From assembly GCA_964016885.1 (NCBI GenBank), contig OZ024741.1, positions 186,186,001-186,250,000 on the forward strand: DNA of 64,000 nt, in the 5' to 3' direction. The position numbers and the translations under genes were made by a program. A model generated the notes under the pieces. The model saw only the letters and a program-made list of their open reading frames with translations. It was not told the DNA's origin and did no database searches. This document shows positions 27,616-40,589 of the stretch, piece by piece. Within the stretch, counting starts at the first letter, position 1. The number at the start of each line of letters is the position of its first letter. Source of the stretch: Eledone cirrhosa (Eukaryota).

Positions 27616-27865
27616 CTCTCATATATATATGTGTGTGTGTGTGTGTGTGTATATACGTACATACACACATACACACATACATATATAAATACATGCATGC
27701 ATACATACACACATACATGCATATTTATGGTACTATAACATCAAAACTGTATAATGGAAGTTGATAAATGGAGCCGAATGGGACAGACGATATACATGTG
27801 TTTTTGTGTGCGCGCGTGTGTGCGTGTATGTGTGTGTGCGTGTGTGTGAGTTTCTATCATTATTA

Positions 27866-28243
27866 GCTGTGGATTGACAGTATCGGTAGAGGGTCGGACG
27901 CCATTCTTTCTAGCATAGTTACGTCCCTTTACACTCTGAGTTCAAATCCCGCCTAGGTTAACTTTGCCTTTCATCCTAACGGGGTCGATAAAATAAAGTA
28001 CCAGTAATATACTGGATAATTGCTGGCCTTGTGCCTAAAGTAGAAACAATTATTAGCGGTGGATTGGCAGTATCGGTAGAGGGTCAGATGCCATGCTTTC
28101 CAGTATAGTTACGTCCCTTTACGATCTGAGTTCAAATCCCGCCGAGGTTGACTTTGCCTTTCATCCTTACGGGGTCGATAAAATAAAGTACCAGTAATGC
28201 ACTGGGTAATTGCTGGCCTTGTGCTTAAAGTAGAAAAAATTAT
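27866..28243 (+). mobile_element. Two tandem full-length SINE copies
   Basis: 27866-28053 and 28056-28243 both match the main SINE. Confidence 0.9.
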
Positions 28244-30589
28244 TAGCGTAGAACCCAAGCCTCGTACATAATTGCGCTGCGATATTTAAGTCCGACTATA
28301 TTTTCTCCCTTTACGTTATTGTCCAAAATGATTTTTTTCCTAGTTAGCGAGAAGGACTTTATAATTACTTGACTAAATATAGAACTTAATAAAATCGATT
28401 AACAAAAGCATGAAGCAATTGCTCCAGAACAGCTAATATGTAATGGCAGGAACCAGTAAGAAAAAAATGATAAAAAAGACGCATAAAAATCTGGTTGGTT
28501 GATTAATGTACACATTGAAGAAATGATAATATTTGTTAATGACCTTGAATGTGATAGGTAAGCTTAATCCTTCGTATGGTTTAACTTAGGTGTCGAACTC
28601 CTATCCTTCTTACCACCAATTTCACTATACATGAAAAGGTTCATAAGCCCTGCCCTTCCCACACCGACTAAATAAGAAAAAAACAAAAGCGGTAATAATG
28701 CGTCAGCGCCAAGAATAAGCAGTTATGAATTTGAAGTATCTATCTTGTCAAAAATATTACAACACTAACGTCATAAACCCTACTGACCATAAACAAATGT
28801 AATTTGATACTGTAAACATATAACTTTAGGAATGTGATATGCCAAAATTAAGTAAATACACGACGCAAACATATTAGTGAAGAAATATAATAAACATGTA
28901 GGAAATTTACTATAAGCGCCACTAACCTATAGACCAATGAACAAAAGAAATATGATATTGTAAACATTTTTCTTGGGAATATCTTATATGTTCAAGAATA
29001 TGTATGACGCAGGCATCTTAGGGAAGAAAAGTAAGAAGCATGTCACAAACCTCAATTTGTAAGCATGCACGTTTTGGAATATATTGTCGCAGTACATTCT
29101 CACATTATATGCGTTGGTTAACAAATGATATAGATATCTAAGAAATATAGGGTTTTAAGAATACATGTTTCTACATCTAATAACAATGTTGCAGAATTAA
29201 TGTTATAAATATGTGGTGAATTTAAACTTATAAACGTATATATTTTGTAACTTGATATCAATATTATTGAAGCATCATTATATATATATTGGAATTTTAT
29301 AGCATTGTTCCCAAATATGAGGTTGTGAAAAACACTACGTATTAAATTTAAACCTTAACGTTCTGTGGTTTAGAGTGGCATCAACTACGATGGTGAGAGG
29401 TGAAGCACTGGCATGTGATTCCTATAGTTCTACTATTCATGATTCTATATTGAAATTTTATATGCATTATATATTCTATATATACCATATTAATGTGAGA
29501 AAATGTAACAAAAAGTGGAACACTTTTCATTTAACTCGGATTTTTATCTTTATAATTATCTATGGATAAAACGTAATATCTTTTGAAGACCTTTTAATAT
29601 GCATGACTAAATAAATAATACTTGCATTGAAATACAACAATTGAACTTATGAACTTATATTTGATTTACTATTCAATTATCTGAGCTTTTTTTAACAAGA
29701 CGTCTCTGCTGATGCGCAGAGCTGGCTAATCTCAGGTGTGAGCCTCGTGAGATGGAATGGTTTTTCCAGCGCATCTACCCGGGAAAACGCCTTCTCTATA
29801 CTGTCCGTCGGGGCTGGGTGGCGGCCAGCGCTTGGGACCCCATTTGCTCATAAGAGTGAGAGATGGGGAGGGCGAGAGAGATGGAGACAATGACAGTGGG
29901 AGTTCGGCTCCTCTGTATTCTCGACCTGGTGTACGTATGTGTGTTAACAGAATTACTTTCGATCTTCTAGTTATCGAAAATATGACTGAAAATTATAGCT
30001 GATCAAAGGAGTTATTGTAGTATAGACGAGAAGAGACTAATCGGTTGGGCAAACAATCCAAACTTATCCTAACAATAGACGCGTTTAGATATGAAACAAA
30101 ATATGCGCAGTGTACCGAATACAGACTTGCCTAATATATTACAGGAGATTGTTATACAAAGGAAGTAAATCAGTGAATAAGTTCCAAGCACATTTTTACA
30201 ATATGACTATAAATTTTACGAATGTTCCTCTAAAATAACCGACGGCAAATTGTCGTCACTGCATTTTATGGAACACCGGCATATATTACACATATTATAT
30301 ATAGCGGGTATTTCAAAAATAACATTCATATAATTTTAAAATACAAGTGTTGCTCTTGTGTCAACGTATATTAAAACACGATTAGTCGTGTTGAGAAAAA
30401 AACGCACACATTGTCCAAATTCTTTTTTGAAATATTGCCGAATAGTCGTATACAGGAATTTGGGTACATAGCATTTCAAATGAAAGTTCTGGAGTCCCCG
30501 TCGCTTTATTCAGCGAAATATGTGGTAGGCTGCGGGAATAATATGCTACAGCAATAATATGCTAAGCATGTAGAGAACACAAAATACTA

Positions 30590-30769
30590 AACATACATAC
30601 ATATACACACGCATACATACATTCATACATACATACATACATACATATATACATGCATACATACATACATTCATACATACATATATACATACATGCATGC
30701 ATGCATGCATACATACATACATACATACATACATACATACATACATACATACATACATACATACATACA

Positions 30770-30801
<32 letters not shown>

Positions 30802-31260
30802 CATTCCTGCATACATACATACATATAAATTCCTGCATGGTAGCTGCCAACTCGTTTTCGAGTACGGCCACTACTTTATATCCATGTAAGAGAACCCCTA
30901 CCGATGCGCTAAAAAAAGTGTGACCTTTTAGTCCAGCCAGCGACTTGAAAACTCTGCATTCCTGCATACATACGTTCATACATATATTCATTCATGTATA
31001 CATACATATATACATACATACATACATTCATACATGCATTCCTGCATTCATACATACATGCATACATACATCCATACATCCATACTTATATTACATAGAT
31101 ACATACATACATACGTGCATATATACATACATACATACTTAAATGCATACATACATACTTACATGCATACATACATACATACATACATACATACATACAT
31201 ACATACATACATACATACATACATACATACATACATACATACATACATACATACATACAT
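30590..31260. repeat. (CATA)n array interrupted by a 120 bp unique insert (30835-30955)
   Basis: Direct reading; insert is the reverse complement of ~43745-43862. Confidence 0.9.
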
Positions 31261-31339
31261 AGAGATATGAAGGGCAAAATAATAAGTAGAGATATGAAGG
31301 GCAAAATAATAAGTAGATATATTAAGGGAAAATAATAAG

Positions 31340-33400
31340 TGTCACTGATACCCCATCCCAGAAAGACATAGATTCCTTTTGCAGAAAAATATGGGGTGAA
31401 AAGAAGAATTTCTACCAAGATGCAGTGTGGCTAAGAGAAATCCGAAAGAACTATTGCTCCTACACTACAACAAAAACATACTAAATAAGTGAGGGTACCC
31501 TTGAGACTGCGATAGGAAAACTCCAAGATAAGAAAACACCATGAAGAGACATGATTGTCGGCTACTGGTACAAAAAACTAATATTCTATCGGAGGTATCT
31601 TACTGACCTCTACCAACAAGTTCTTAAGGGAGATACACTTATACCAGAATGGTTGACATTAGCACAAACGTTACTGGTCCCCAAGAACAAAGACACCCAC
31701 TTGGCAAAAAACTACCGACCCATTGCATGCCAGAACCTGATGTATAAGATGTATAGAGCCTGCCTCAACCTATTCCTCCAAGATCACTGTGAAAATAATA
31801 ACATCATCACAAATGAACAAGCAGCTGGAAAGAAAAGGGTTTGGGGATGTGCTGAACAACTCCTAATCAACAAAACTGCGATGTCGGAGGTGAGACAACT
31901 TAGGAGGAATATGACTACAGTCTGGCTGGACTACAAGAAAGCTTTCGATTCTGTTCCCCACTCTTGGATGATAGAGGCCCTCCAACTTGCTAAAGTCCCA
32001 GACATTATTCTCAGAACCATAGAGAAGCTGTCTTCTTCTTGGGCTACTATCCTAAGGTTAAAGACAGAGAGGGAGGACTCTATTTTCACTGATAAAATAA
32101 AATATTGCAGGGGTATATTTCAGGGGGACAGTCTCTCTGTGATATTGTTCATCTTGTCATTAAACCCCTTGTCCTTTCTGCTCAAGAAATGTGAGGCTCA
32201 CAGGAGGACAGAAATACGAACCTAACCCATAACTTCTTTGTGGACGATCTGAAACTCTATGCCAAGAACATGGATGGGATGAAGAAAAATCTTGACCTGG
32301 TTACAACTTTCTCAAAGGATATAGGAATGGAGTTTGGCCAAGATAAATGCTCATAGATGACTGTAAAGCGGGGAAAAACAAAAACCCAACCTAGCAACAT
32401 TGTCATCAATGGTCTAACTGTTTCACCGATATCTTGGACCAACAACCGCTATATTGGCTCCCACTTTGAAGGATACGCTTTTGCAATCCAAGAACAGGAG
32501 ATTAGCACGAAATAACTGATTCACAAAAGAGATAAAGATGCAGGAAAAAGACCTAGATGTGATAACAAGTGCAGACTCTGCAGAACTAACATCGAGAATA
32601 TCACCCATGTCATCAGCAGCTGTCCAAAGATGTCATCGCGGTACTATCTACCTATGAGGCATGATGTAGTGGCCAAAACACTGTACGATGCAGTTCGTAA
32701 AAAAGATAGCCCCGATAATAAACACATTAAAAGCTACAACAATGTGGAAGACATCCATGTACATAATATGAAAGAGTACTGGTGGAATGTTCCAGTAAAA
32801 ACACCAATAAAATGCAGGCATAACAGACCAGATATTATGATATGGGACAGGGAGAAGAAAACATGCACAGTAGTGGAAATTAGCTGCCCAGCAGATGCCA
32901 ATATAATATCAAAGATTAGTGAAAAGGAGAATATTTATGCAGAACTGATGAGAAATCTGCAGATACTCCACCCTGATTACACCTTCAGATTTATGCCTGT
33001 GATTATTGGCGCACTGGGCTATGTTAGTAACTGACTCAATACAAATCTTGAGAAGCTAGGCTTCACAGGAACAGAAAGAACACAACTAGTTAGGAAATTA
33101 CAAGTACAATCCATTAATGGAACAGTAAAAATATGTAAAACATTCCAAAAATGTTGCATCTAATAACTGCATATACACATGTACAGATACAAAGCATATA
33201 CACATGCACACATACAACTCAAAACATCCACATCCACACATACAATAACATCCATATCTACACATGCATGTAGACATACATACATATTTACCTAGTTGAT
33301 GTTGTGTAAATTCCAATGAGAGAGTCTTGTGTCTGTGTTAGAAACCGACTCTCCCTCTATTGGTAAAACTTTGTGAAATTATAAAACCAGGAGAACATAC
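31340..33400 (+). mobile_element. R4/Dong-type RLE non-LTR retrotransposon, degenerate RT plus CCHC and endonuclease, internally deleted
   Basis: RT motifs NYRPIAC, WLDYKKAFDSVPH, GIFQGDSLS, FVDDLK; then RHD and RPDIMIWD; 3' end abuts (CATA)n; 3' part nearly identical to 24531-25490. Confidence 0.92.
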
Positions 33401-33734
33401 ATACATACATACATACATACATACATACATACATACATACATACATACATACATACATACATACATACATACATTTAAAACATGGCACATAAAAGTCAAA
33501 GATCACATTTCCGAAATTCATGTAGTATATTATATGTTTGTAAATATGCATATTTCAAAATTTAACTACAGAAATATTCCTGCAATAAAAGTTTTAAAAA
33601 TATGTTGGCAAAAACAGTCATGTTTCACGTAGTTTTATAAAATTTTAAATAATACATTATTCAGTTCTATACGTCGCAAAATATTTTGTTAAAACTATTA
33701 GCAACTTTTTATGTCAATCGAACATTATCTATAT

Positions 33735-34032
33735 TTGCCTTTCATCCTTACGGGGTCGATAAAATAAAGTACCAGTAATGCACTGGGTAATTGCTGGCCT
33801 TGTGCCTAAAGTAGAAACAATTATCTATATTTAAATAATGCCTGTGGTGGATTGGCCGTATCGGTAGAAGGTCGGACGCCATGCTTTGACGCATAGAGTT
33901 ACGGCCTTTGCCATTCTGAGTTCAATTCCCGCCGAGGTTAACTTTGCCTTTCATCCTTACGGGGTCGATAAAATAAAGTACCAGTAATGCACTAGGTATT
34001 TGTTGGCCTTGTGCCAAACGTAGAAACAATTA
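33735..34032 (+). mobile_element. Partial plus full SINE copies
   Basis: Main SINE sequence at ~33735-33822 and ~33845-34032. Confidence 0.85.
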
Positions 34033-34528
34033 TCTATATTTAAACAATGCACGTCGCAAAAACATGTTACAAAAACATGAGAAGAAACATTTTGGGCATT
34101 TAAGGTCATAGAACCATTACATTATTCCTAACTTTCTTCTTGTTTTATATTGATAAACGAGAATAGATGTAACATAGAATCAGAGGTGAATGACATAAAG
34201 GAGATTTCAGATTTCCAATCTATGCAGTTCGATATATATTTTACCTGCTGTCAAAATGCAATTAAGCTCTTTAAAAGAAAAAACAAGACCATTAACATAC
34301 AACTGCAACGGAAACAAAAGACAGCAAGCATGGCGAACATTGATGACAACAACGACAAAAAATAACACATGAGGATCAGAAGGTGTAAATCAAATACAAA
34401 ATGATGTAAAAGCATACAAAAGAGAGAGGGAGAGAGCTAACATAGTGAAACAACTGAAAGAGGAATCACACTGTAAACAAACAATATTTATTACCTCTTA
34501 TATAATACATACTATCTTACTCTCTCCT

Positions 34529-34597
<69 letters not shown>

Positions 34598-34600
34598 TAT

Positions 34601-34690
34601 ACAGGGTGTCCAAAAAAGTGTATAAACATTTAATAGAACGCTGTTGAAGTGTGTATACATTTTTTTTTTTGGGGGGGGGGGGACACCCTA
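34601..34690. mobile_element. Tc1/mariner-type MITE
   Basis: TA|CAGGGTGTCCAAAAAAGTGTATA ... TATACATTTTT..GGACACCCT|ATA terminal inverted repeats within (TA)n. Confidence 0.7.
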
Positions 34691-34715
34691 TATATATACA
34701 CGCACATATATATAT

Positions 34716-34783
<68 letters not shown>

Positions 34784-34899
34784 TATATATAATATATATA
34801 TATTTATATGAAAAAGTTCTATTTAAATTGTTGGGATACAACAAGCAAATATTTTTATAACTGATATAAAGCACTCGACAAGTATTTGGAGTAGATATA

Positions 34900-34940
<41 letters not shown>

Positions 34941-35284
34941 TGGACAGAGTCTAGCGACCAGTGGTCGACAAAGAAAATACACGGTGGGTGAATACTAGAT
35001 GAAACATAGATCGAGAGAAGAGAACAAGGTGAAGTATGTTGGCGCATAGAATTGACTGGAAGAGTGAAATAAAGAAAGCCGTTGTAAAAGACAAGTTAAC
35101 AAACATACACCTTGAACCCGCTTCATTTCGATCAGTGATAACAATGTTTATTCATCTTATGATTAAATATAATCAATTACGCTCCCTGTTTGATATACTG
35201 AGTAACTTACTTTGATTGTAATGTATAGACAGAGGGATCTGATACTTAGAGAGGGAGGTATAGATAGATAGATAGATAGATAGA

Positions 35285-35650
35285 TTTCTTTATTTACCAT
35301 AAAGGCATAAAAAGAAGGGACAAATACAAAGGGGGAGTTTACATATAATCGAGTAAAAAGGGTGTAACATGAAAATAATCGAAAATAACCTCAAAAGGGA
35401 GGGGACGTGATGGGGGTTGCACACACCCCCGAAAAAGTGTGCAATCCTTTGCCCGGGGAGCACATGGAGAAGGTGCTCCCCTCTCCTTTACTTCTTTACC
35501 TACAGGATGGTATACAGAGAAGGCCCATTTACACGAGCCATTCTCGCCACTATCACCCACCTTTCATAAAACTGCCTGTGGCCAAGCACCTCTCTCTCCA
35601 TTCTTATCCTTCTTCCGAAGTGATATCGGAAGAAGTAGACCAGACTATGG
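35285..35650 (-). mobile_element. L1/Tx1-type LINE extreme 3' end between (GATA)n tracts
   Basis: FFRYHFGRRIRMEREVL..FYERWVIVARMARVNG; homologous to 3480 and 11640 copies. Confidence 0.75.
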
Positions 35651-35652
35651 CC

Positions 35653-35715
<63 letters not shown>

Positions 35716-36001
35716 GGGGGAGGGAGGGGGAAGAAAGAGACGAGGCGGGTGAGAAAGAGTGTAGAGAATGAGATAGGAAGTATATACATTTAACAAATCG
35801 ACCTCGGTGCTATAGTGGTGCTGTGTTATATTAATTGTTTCTACTTTAGGCACAAGGCCAGCAATTACTCAGTACATTACTGGTACTTTATTGTATCGAC
35901 CCCGTAAGGTGCTGTGTTATATTAATGCTCCGTCAGTCTGTCACTCTCTCTGTCTCTCACATACATAGAAAGGTACTGACACCCACTCACATCTATCTAT
36001 T

Positions 36002-36036
<35 letters not shown>

Positions 36037-36176
36037 ATCTATCTCTCTCTCTCTGTATATATATATATAATTAATATATATATATGGTTTTGACTGATGA
36101 ACTTGTGATAAAAAGGCGAAACTCCAGAGTAACAAGACTCAGTATTTAGCCGTATATATACATATGTGTATGTAAA

Positions 36177-36224
<48 letters not shown>

Positions 36225-36281
36225 TATATATATATATTCATACATACATACATATATACGTGTGTGTGTGAGTTTATATGT

Positions 36282-36323
<42 letters not shown>

Positions 36324-37109
36324 TATATATAAGAGAGAGAGAGAGAGCGAGTGAGAGAGGGGGAGAGTGGGAGTGCGCGAGAGAAAATGTTATAGATAGG
36401 TAAATGAAATAAATCATGAAGTTCAGTGTACCAGCTATTGTCAACGTCAACAAATGTTAAAAACACACACGAAATAAACGCAGCAGTAAACAATTTATAA
36501 CTCGCAAAATAAGTTAGATTTGTTTTGACGCGAGTAGAAGTAAATTGTTTAGAGCAAGGTCCCTGTTTTCTTCGGGTCATGCGTACTTATCTTATTATAG
36601 CAACAACAACTACATCGATTCTTATGTAAATCATAATAATAGCAGCTCTCAAGCATGTTGTGTACACAAACAAAATCCCATAAACACAACATCTACAATG
36701 GTAAAGGAAACAAAGCACCAAATCTACGCATTTCTACGGGATTTTGAAGGTTATTCACTCTGCGTTCCTTTAAATTGCCTGATCGTATTTCGCGCAGCTT
36801 ACATTTAAAAAAAAAAAGTGTTTCAAACCAACATTGCTTGTTAGTTTACATCCACGTAACCAAACCTCCTCTCTACGACAGCTTTTACCTGCTAGGAAAG
36901 GGAGTAGCTGCTTGCCGTGTGGTTTCGATTCGATGAAACGTATCTACGAAGATAAGAAAACTAAACGATGACGTTTCCTTACGTTATCACGAGGTTTGTG
37001 AATCTGCGTGTTCAAATAATTCTCTGGCGCTTAAATCACATGCCACCGAACAAGCTCTATATAATTTCAGATTATGTAACCTATACTGGTAAGGTCTGTC
37101 GACTGTTAA

Positions 37110-37297
37110 ATAATTGTTTCTACTTTTGGCACAAGGCCAGCAATTACCCAGTACATGAATGGTACTTTATTTTATCGAGCCGGTAAGGATGAAAGGCAAA
37201 GTTAACCTCGGCGGGATTTGAACTCAGAATGGAAAGGGCCGTAACTCTATGCGTCAAAGCATGGCGTCCGACCTCTACCGATACTGCCTATCCATCA
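37110..37297 (-). mobile_element. tRNA-derived SINE
   Basis: Main family sequence. Confidence 0.85.
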
Positions 37298-37402
37298 CTG
37301 TTAAATAATGATCTGACAGAATTCGAAACATGAATTCTTGATCAAGAAAGAATTGGTATATCGCACATTAATTATTTCAAACCCCTCTGCATAAACAAGC
37401 TG

Positions 37403-37447
<45 letters not shown>

Positions 37448-37535
37448 ATATATGTGTGTGTGTGAATATGGTGTCGGTAATTGTGTACGCACACACACAC
37501 ACATACACACACATATATGTATGTACATATGTATG

Positions 37536-37579
<44 letters not shown>

Positions 37580-37600
37580 CATACATATATATATATATAT

Positions 37601-37789
37601 AACGAAGGAAATGTGGTAAGGAACCAAGTGGACCATAACGCACCAAAGTACTCAATACTTAAGGTAGTAGAGTGGGTAATAGGAACAAGTAAGACCCCGA
37701 CGGCTGAGCTCAAGCCGTTTCGACGGCTAATTCAGTCCAGAATTAGCCGTCGAAACGGCTTGAGCTCAGCCGTCGGGGTCTTACTTGTT

Positions 37790-37794
<5 letters not shown>
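37601..37794. mobile_element. Family C fold-back element
   Basis: Palindrome 37679-37794 centred on gaattc-like arms ctaattc agtcca gaattag; GAA-ACGGCT tgagctc AGCCGT-C hammerhead stem III. Confidence 0.85.
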
Positions 37795-37824
<30 letters not shown>

Positions 37825-38492
37825 ATGATAATACATGTGAAGTCTAAAATCCAAAGAGGGCTCGATAAAGATAAATATATATCAAATATATAAGAACCAT
37901 AGAGCAAATGTTTATTAAAATAACAGATTAAAGTTTAAGCGAAGAATCGCTGCTTTCACCCTTAACGGGGTCCTCGGAAGATCTCGCGCGCGTGTGTGTG
38001 TGTCTGTGCGCGTGTGTGTGTGTCTGAGTGTGTGTGTACATGTGTGTGTGCGTTGATATTTTATTTCTCTTCCTCTTATCTCCCCTTCGTTTGCAGATCC
38101 ATGCTCGTCTAATGCTCTCTAATTTCCTACCATTTGTATTATATTTCAGTTTCTTGACCGATTCGTTAATGAGAAATTGTTTAATTTATTACCATACAAG
38201 CAATATTAGCAACCAAATTTTTAAGTCATCATGCTAGAATAACCTGAGTAAAAAATATATATATCAATTCAGAGAGACAATTTCCATCTGGGTTCAAGAT
38301 AGAGTGTCCATTCTGATCGAAATGGCATGTAAGGTAACAGAGGGATAAGGAGGCGAACGAACGCCGGAATGTTAGCCTGATGCATAGATATACACATCTG
38401 CACTTTTGTGTGTATATATATATATATATACATGTGTGTATGTATGCAAATCCATGTATATGTATATGTGCATGTATATGTATGTATATATG

Positions 38493-38556
<64 letters not shown>

Positions 38557-38883
38557 TATTGAAGTTTCCGTTGAAAATTGAAAAAGTCATAGGAATGGAG
38601 AGTGCTCTATGTAAGTTACAGAGCTAAATTTAATATATAATAAACAATACAATATAATTTAATTATATTATATTTTTTATTATATATTATATATATATAT
38701 ATTACATGTGTGCATGTGTACTATACATACATTCATGTATACATCGCTATTTCAGAGCACCAATCCTAATTTTTAATTTTTGCTGGACCAGCAAACACTC
38801 TGTATAATCAGTTCCTGATTATTACTGGATTTCTATAAGAATCCAGCCCCTATAATTTTCGGCAGAGGCTCTGAAGATCACCA

Positions 38884-39601
38884 ACTCTTAGCCCACTTTC
38901 TTCCTCTCCCTTTCTCCATCTCACTTTCACCCCCTCGTTGACCGTTTAGCAGTTCTCTTCTACTTACAACTGCGGCAATAGGTCGTGTGTGTTTTCTCTT
39001 GATTACACGGTCTCGAACTTAAGTTCTATTATCGAGTGGTCTTCGATTTCCTACATATAGTTGCTTGCACATTGCTCGGTTTGTGTTTTTTTCCGCTGTT
39101 TTGTTACTGTTGCTCTTTTCTTCCCCTTTGCTTTCCGTCCCTCGTTCATTCGTTTTCCCAATAATTTATCCAGTTATTGACGCCCTGGGTTGAAGTGGTT
39201 TCTTGTCTTTAAAGCGTAGAAATATCCTAGACCCCCAGTAGACAACTGATGAGCCCCCCCCCCCCCCCCCCTGTTCTTGCTTTCTTCGTATTCCCACTGC
39301 ATTTTAAGTTACTTTAAATAGCAACTACACAGCCATTTCTATTCTCCATATATTTCATCATGTTTTTCGCTGTGACGATTCTTCTCTCCCCTTCTACCTT
39401 CATATTTCGCCACTTTCTACTCTCACCCCCTTTCTTCCCCTCCTTTTCTCCCTATCTACTCTTACCCCACTTTCTTCCTCTCCCTTTCTCCCTCTCCTTT
39501 CACCCCCTCGTCTGACCGTTTAGCAGTTCTCGTCTCACTTACAACTGCGGCGATCGGACGTGTGTCTTTTCTTTCGATTACTCGATCTCGAACTTAAGTT
39601 G

Positions 39602-39607
<6 letters not shown>
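38884..39607 (+). repeat. ~574 nt unit with ~150 nt terminal direct repeat ending in (TA)n
   Basis: actctta..cccactttcttcctctccc...cgaacttaagtt at ~38884-39030 and ~39458-39607. Confidence 0.75.
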
Positions 39608-39671
<64 letters not shown>

Positions 39672-39675
<4 letters not shown>

Positions 39676-39995
39676 AAAACAGATGAAATCGAAAATGCAA
39701 CTGGGGCCTTTTTTTACAAAAAATTATTTATTTGGTTCCTTTACCGGTTTCGCAGTTCTTGTGCTTTTCAAAAGTAGAATTGAGATGGAGGGTTTCTGGT
39801 TTTCCTCGCATAAAATCCACAAACTCTCCATCTCAATTCCACTTTTGAAAAGGACAAGAACTGCGTAACCGCTAAAGGAACCAAATAAATATATTTTAAA
39901 GAAAAAGGACTCCGGTTGCATTTTCGATTTCTTCTTTTTTTACTTTCACTCGTGTAGGACACCGTTTTTTCATATTGTAAAAAAAAACTCACTTT

Positions 39996-39998
<3 letters not shown>
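39672..39998. mobile_element. Family E fold-back element with variant hammerhead
   Basis: Arms ~39683-39795 / ~39821-39931; homologous single arms at 50228-50422 and 52408-52610. Confidence 0.85.
39739..39774 (-). ncRNA. Minimal type I hammerhead motif with U3-A8 core (family E)
   Basis: CTT-TTGAAAA-GCA caagaac TGC-GAAA-CCGG-TA|AAG. Confidence 0.6.
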
Positions 39999-40043
<45 letters not shown>

Positions 40044-40071
40044 CGTATATATATATATATATACACACATC

Positions 40072-40135
<64 letters not shown>

Positions 40136-40589
40136 GATGTGTGTATATATATATATATATATATACACATACATATATATTTCTATTTTTAAGGCTCCCA
40201 CCCAGCTTTCGTCCTTATCTTGTTGCACCTCTAGCAATCTGCATATACTTTGAGGTAATTACCTGAGACAACCCAACCAGAGTTTAGCGGGATCAAATTA
40301 ATCGTAAAAGGCACGAGTTAGTTAATTAACATAAACGTATTTAAATAGTAATGTTAATTAAGTAACTAACTATTTATAGTAAATTCATTTAACAAGCGGA
40401 AACCAATTATAAATGGACATGATTTTCATTATCATCATCATGAAAATCATTATCAACATCATAATTATCCTTATCATCATCATCATCATCATCTTCATCA
40501 TAATCATCATCAACATCATCCAGTACATCGTCGTCGTCATCGACATCTTTTATAATGATAATAGCAACAACAACATCAATTAAATTATT

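Noticed and set aside
38060-38250. Strong polypyrimidine tract plus CAG acceptor
   Set aside because: No good donor or plausible coding frame downstream
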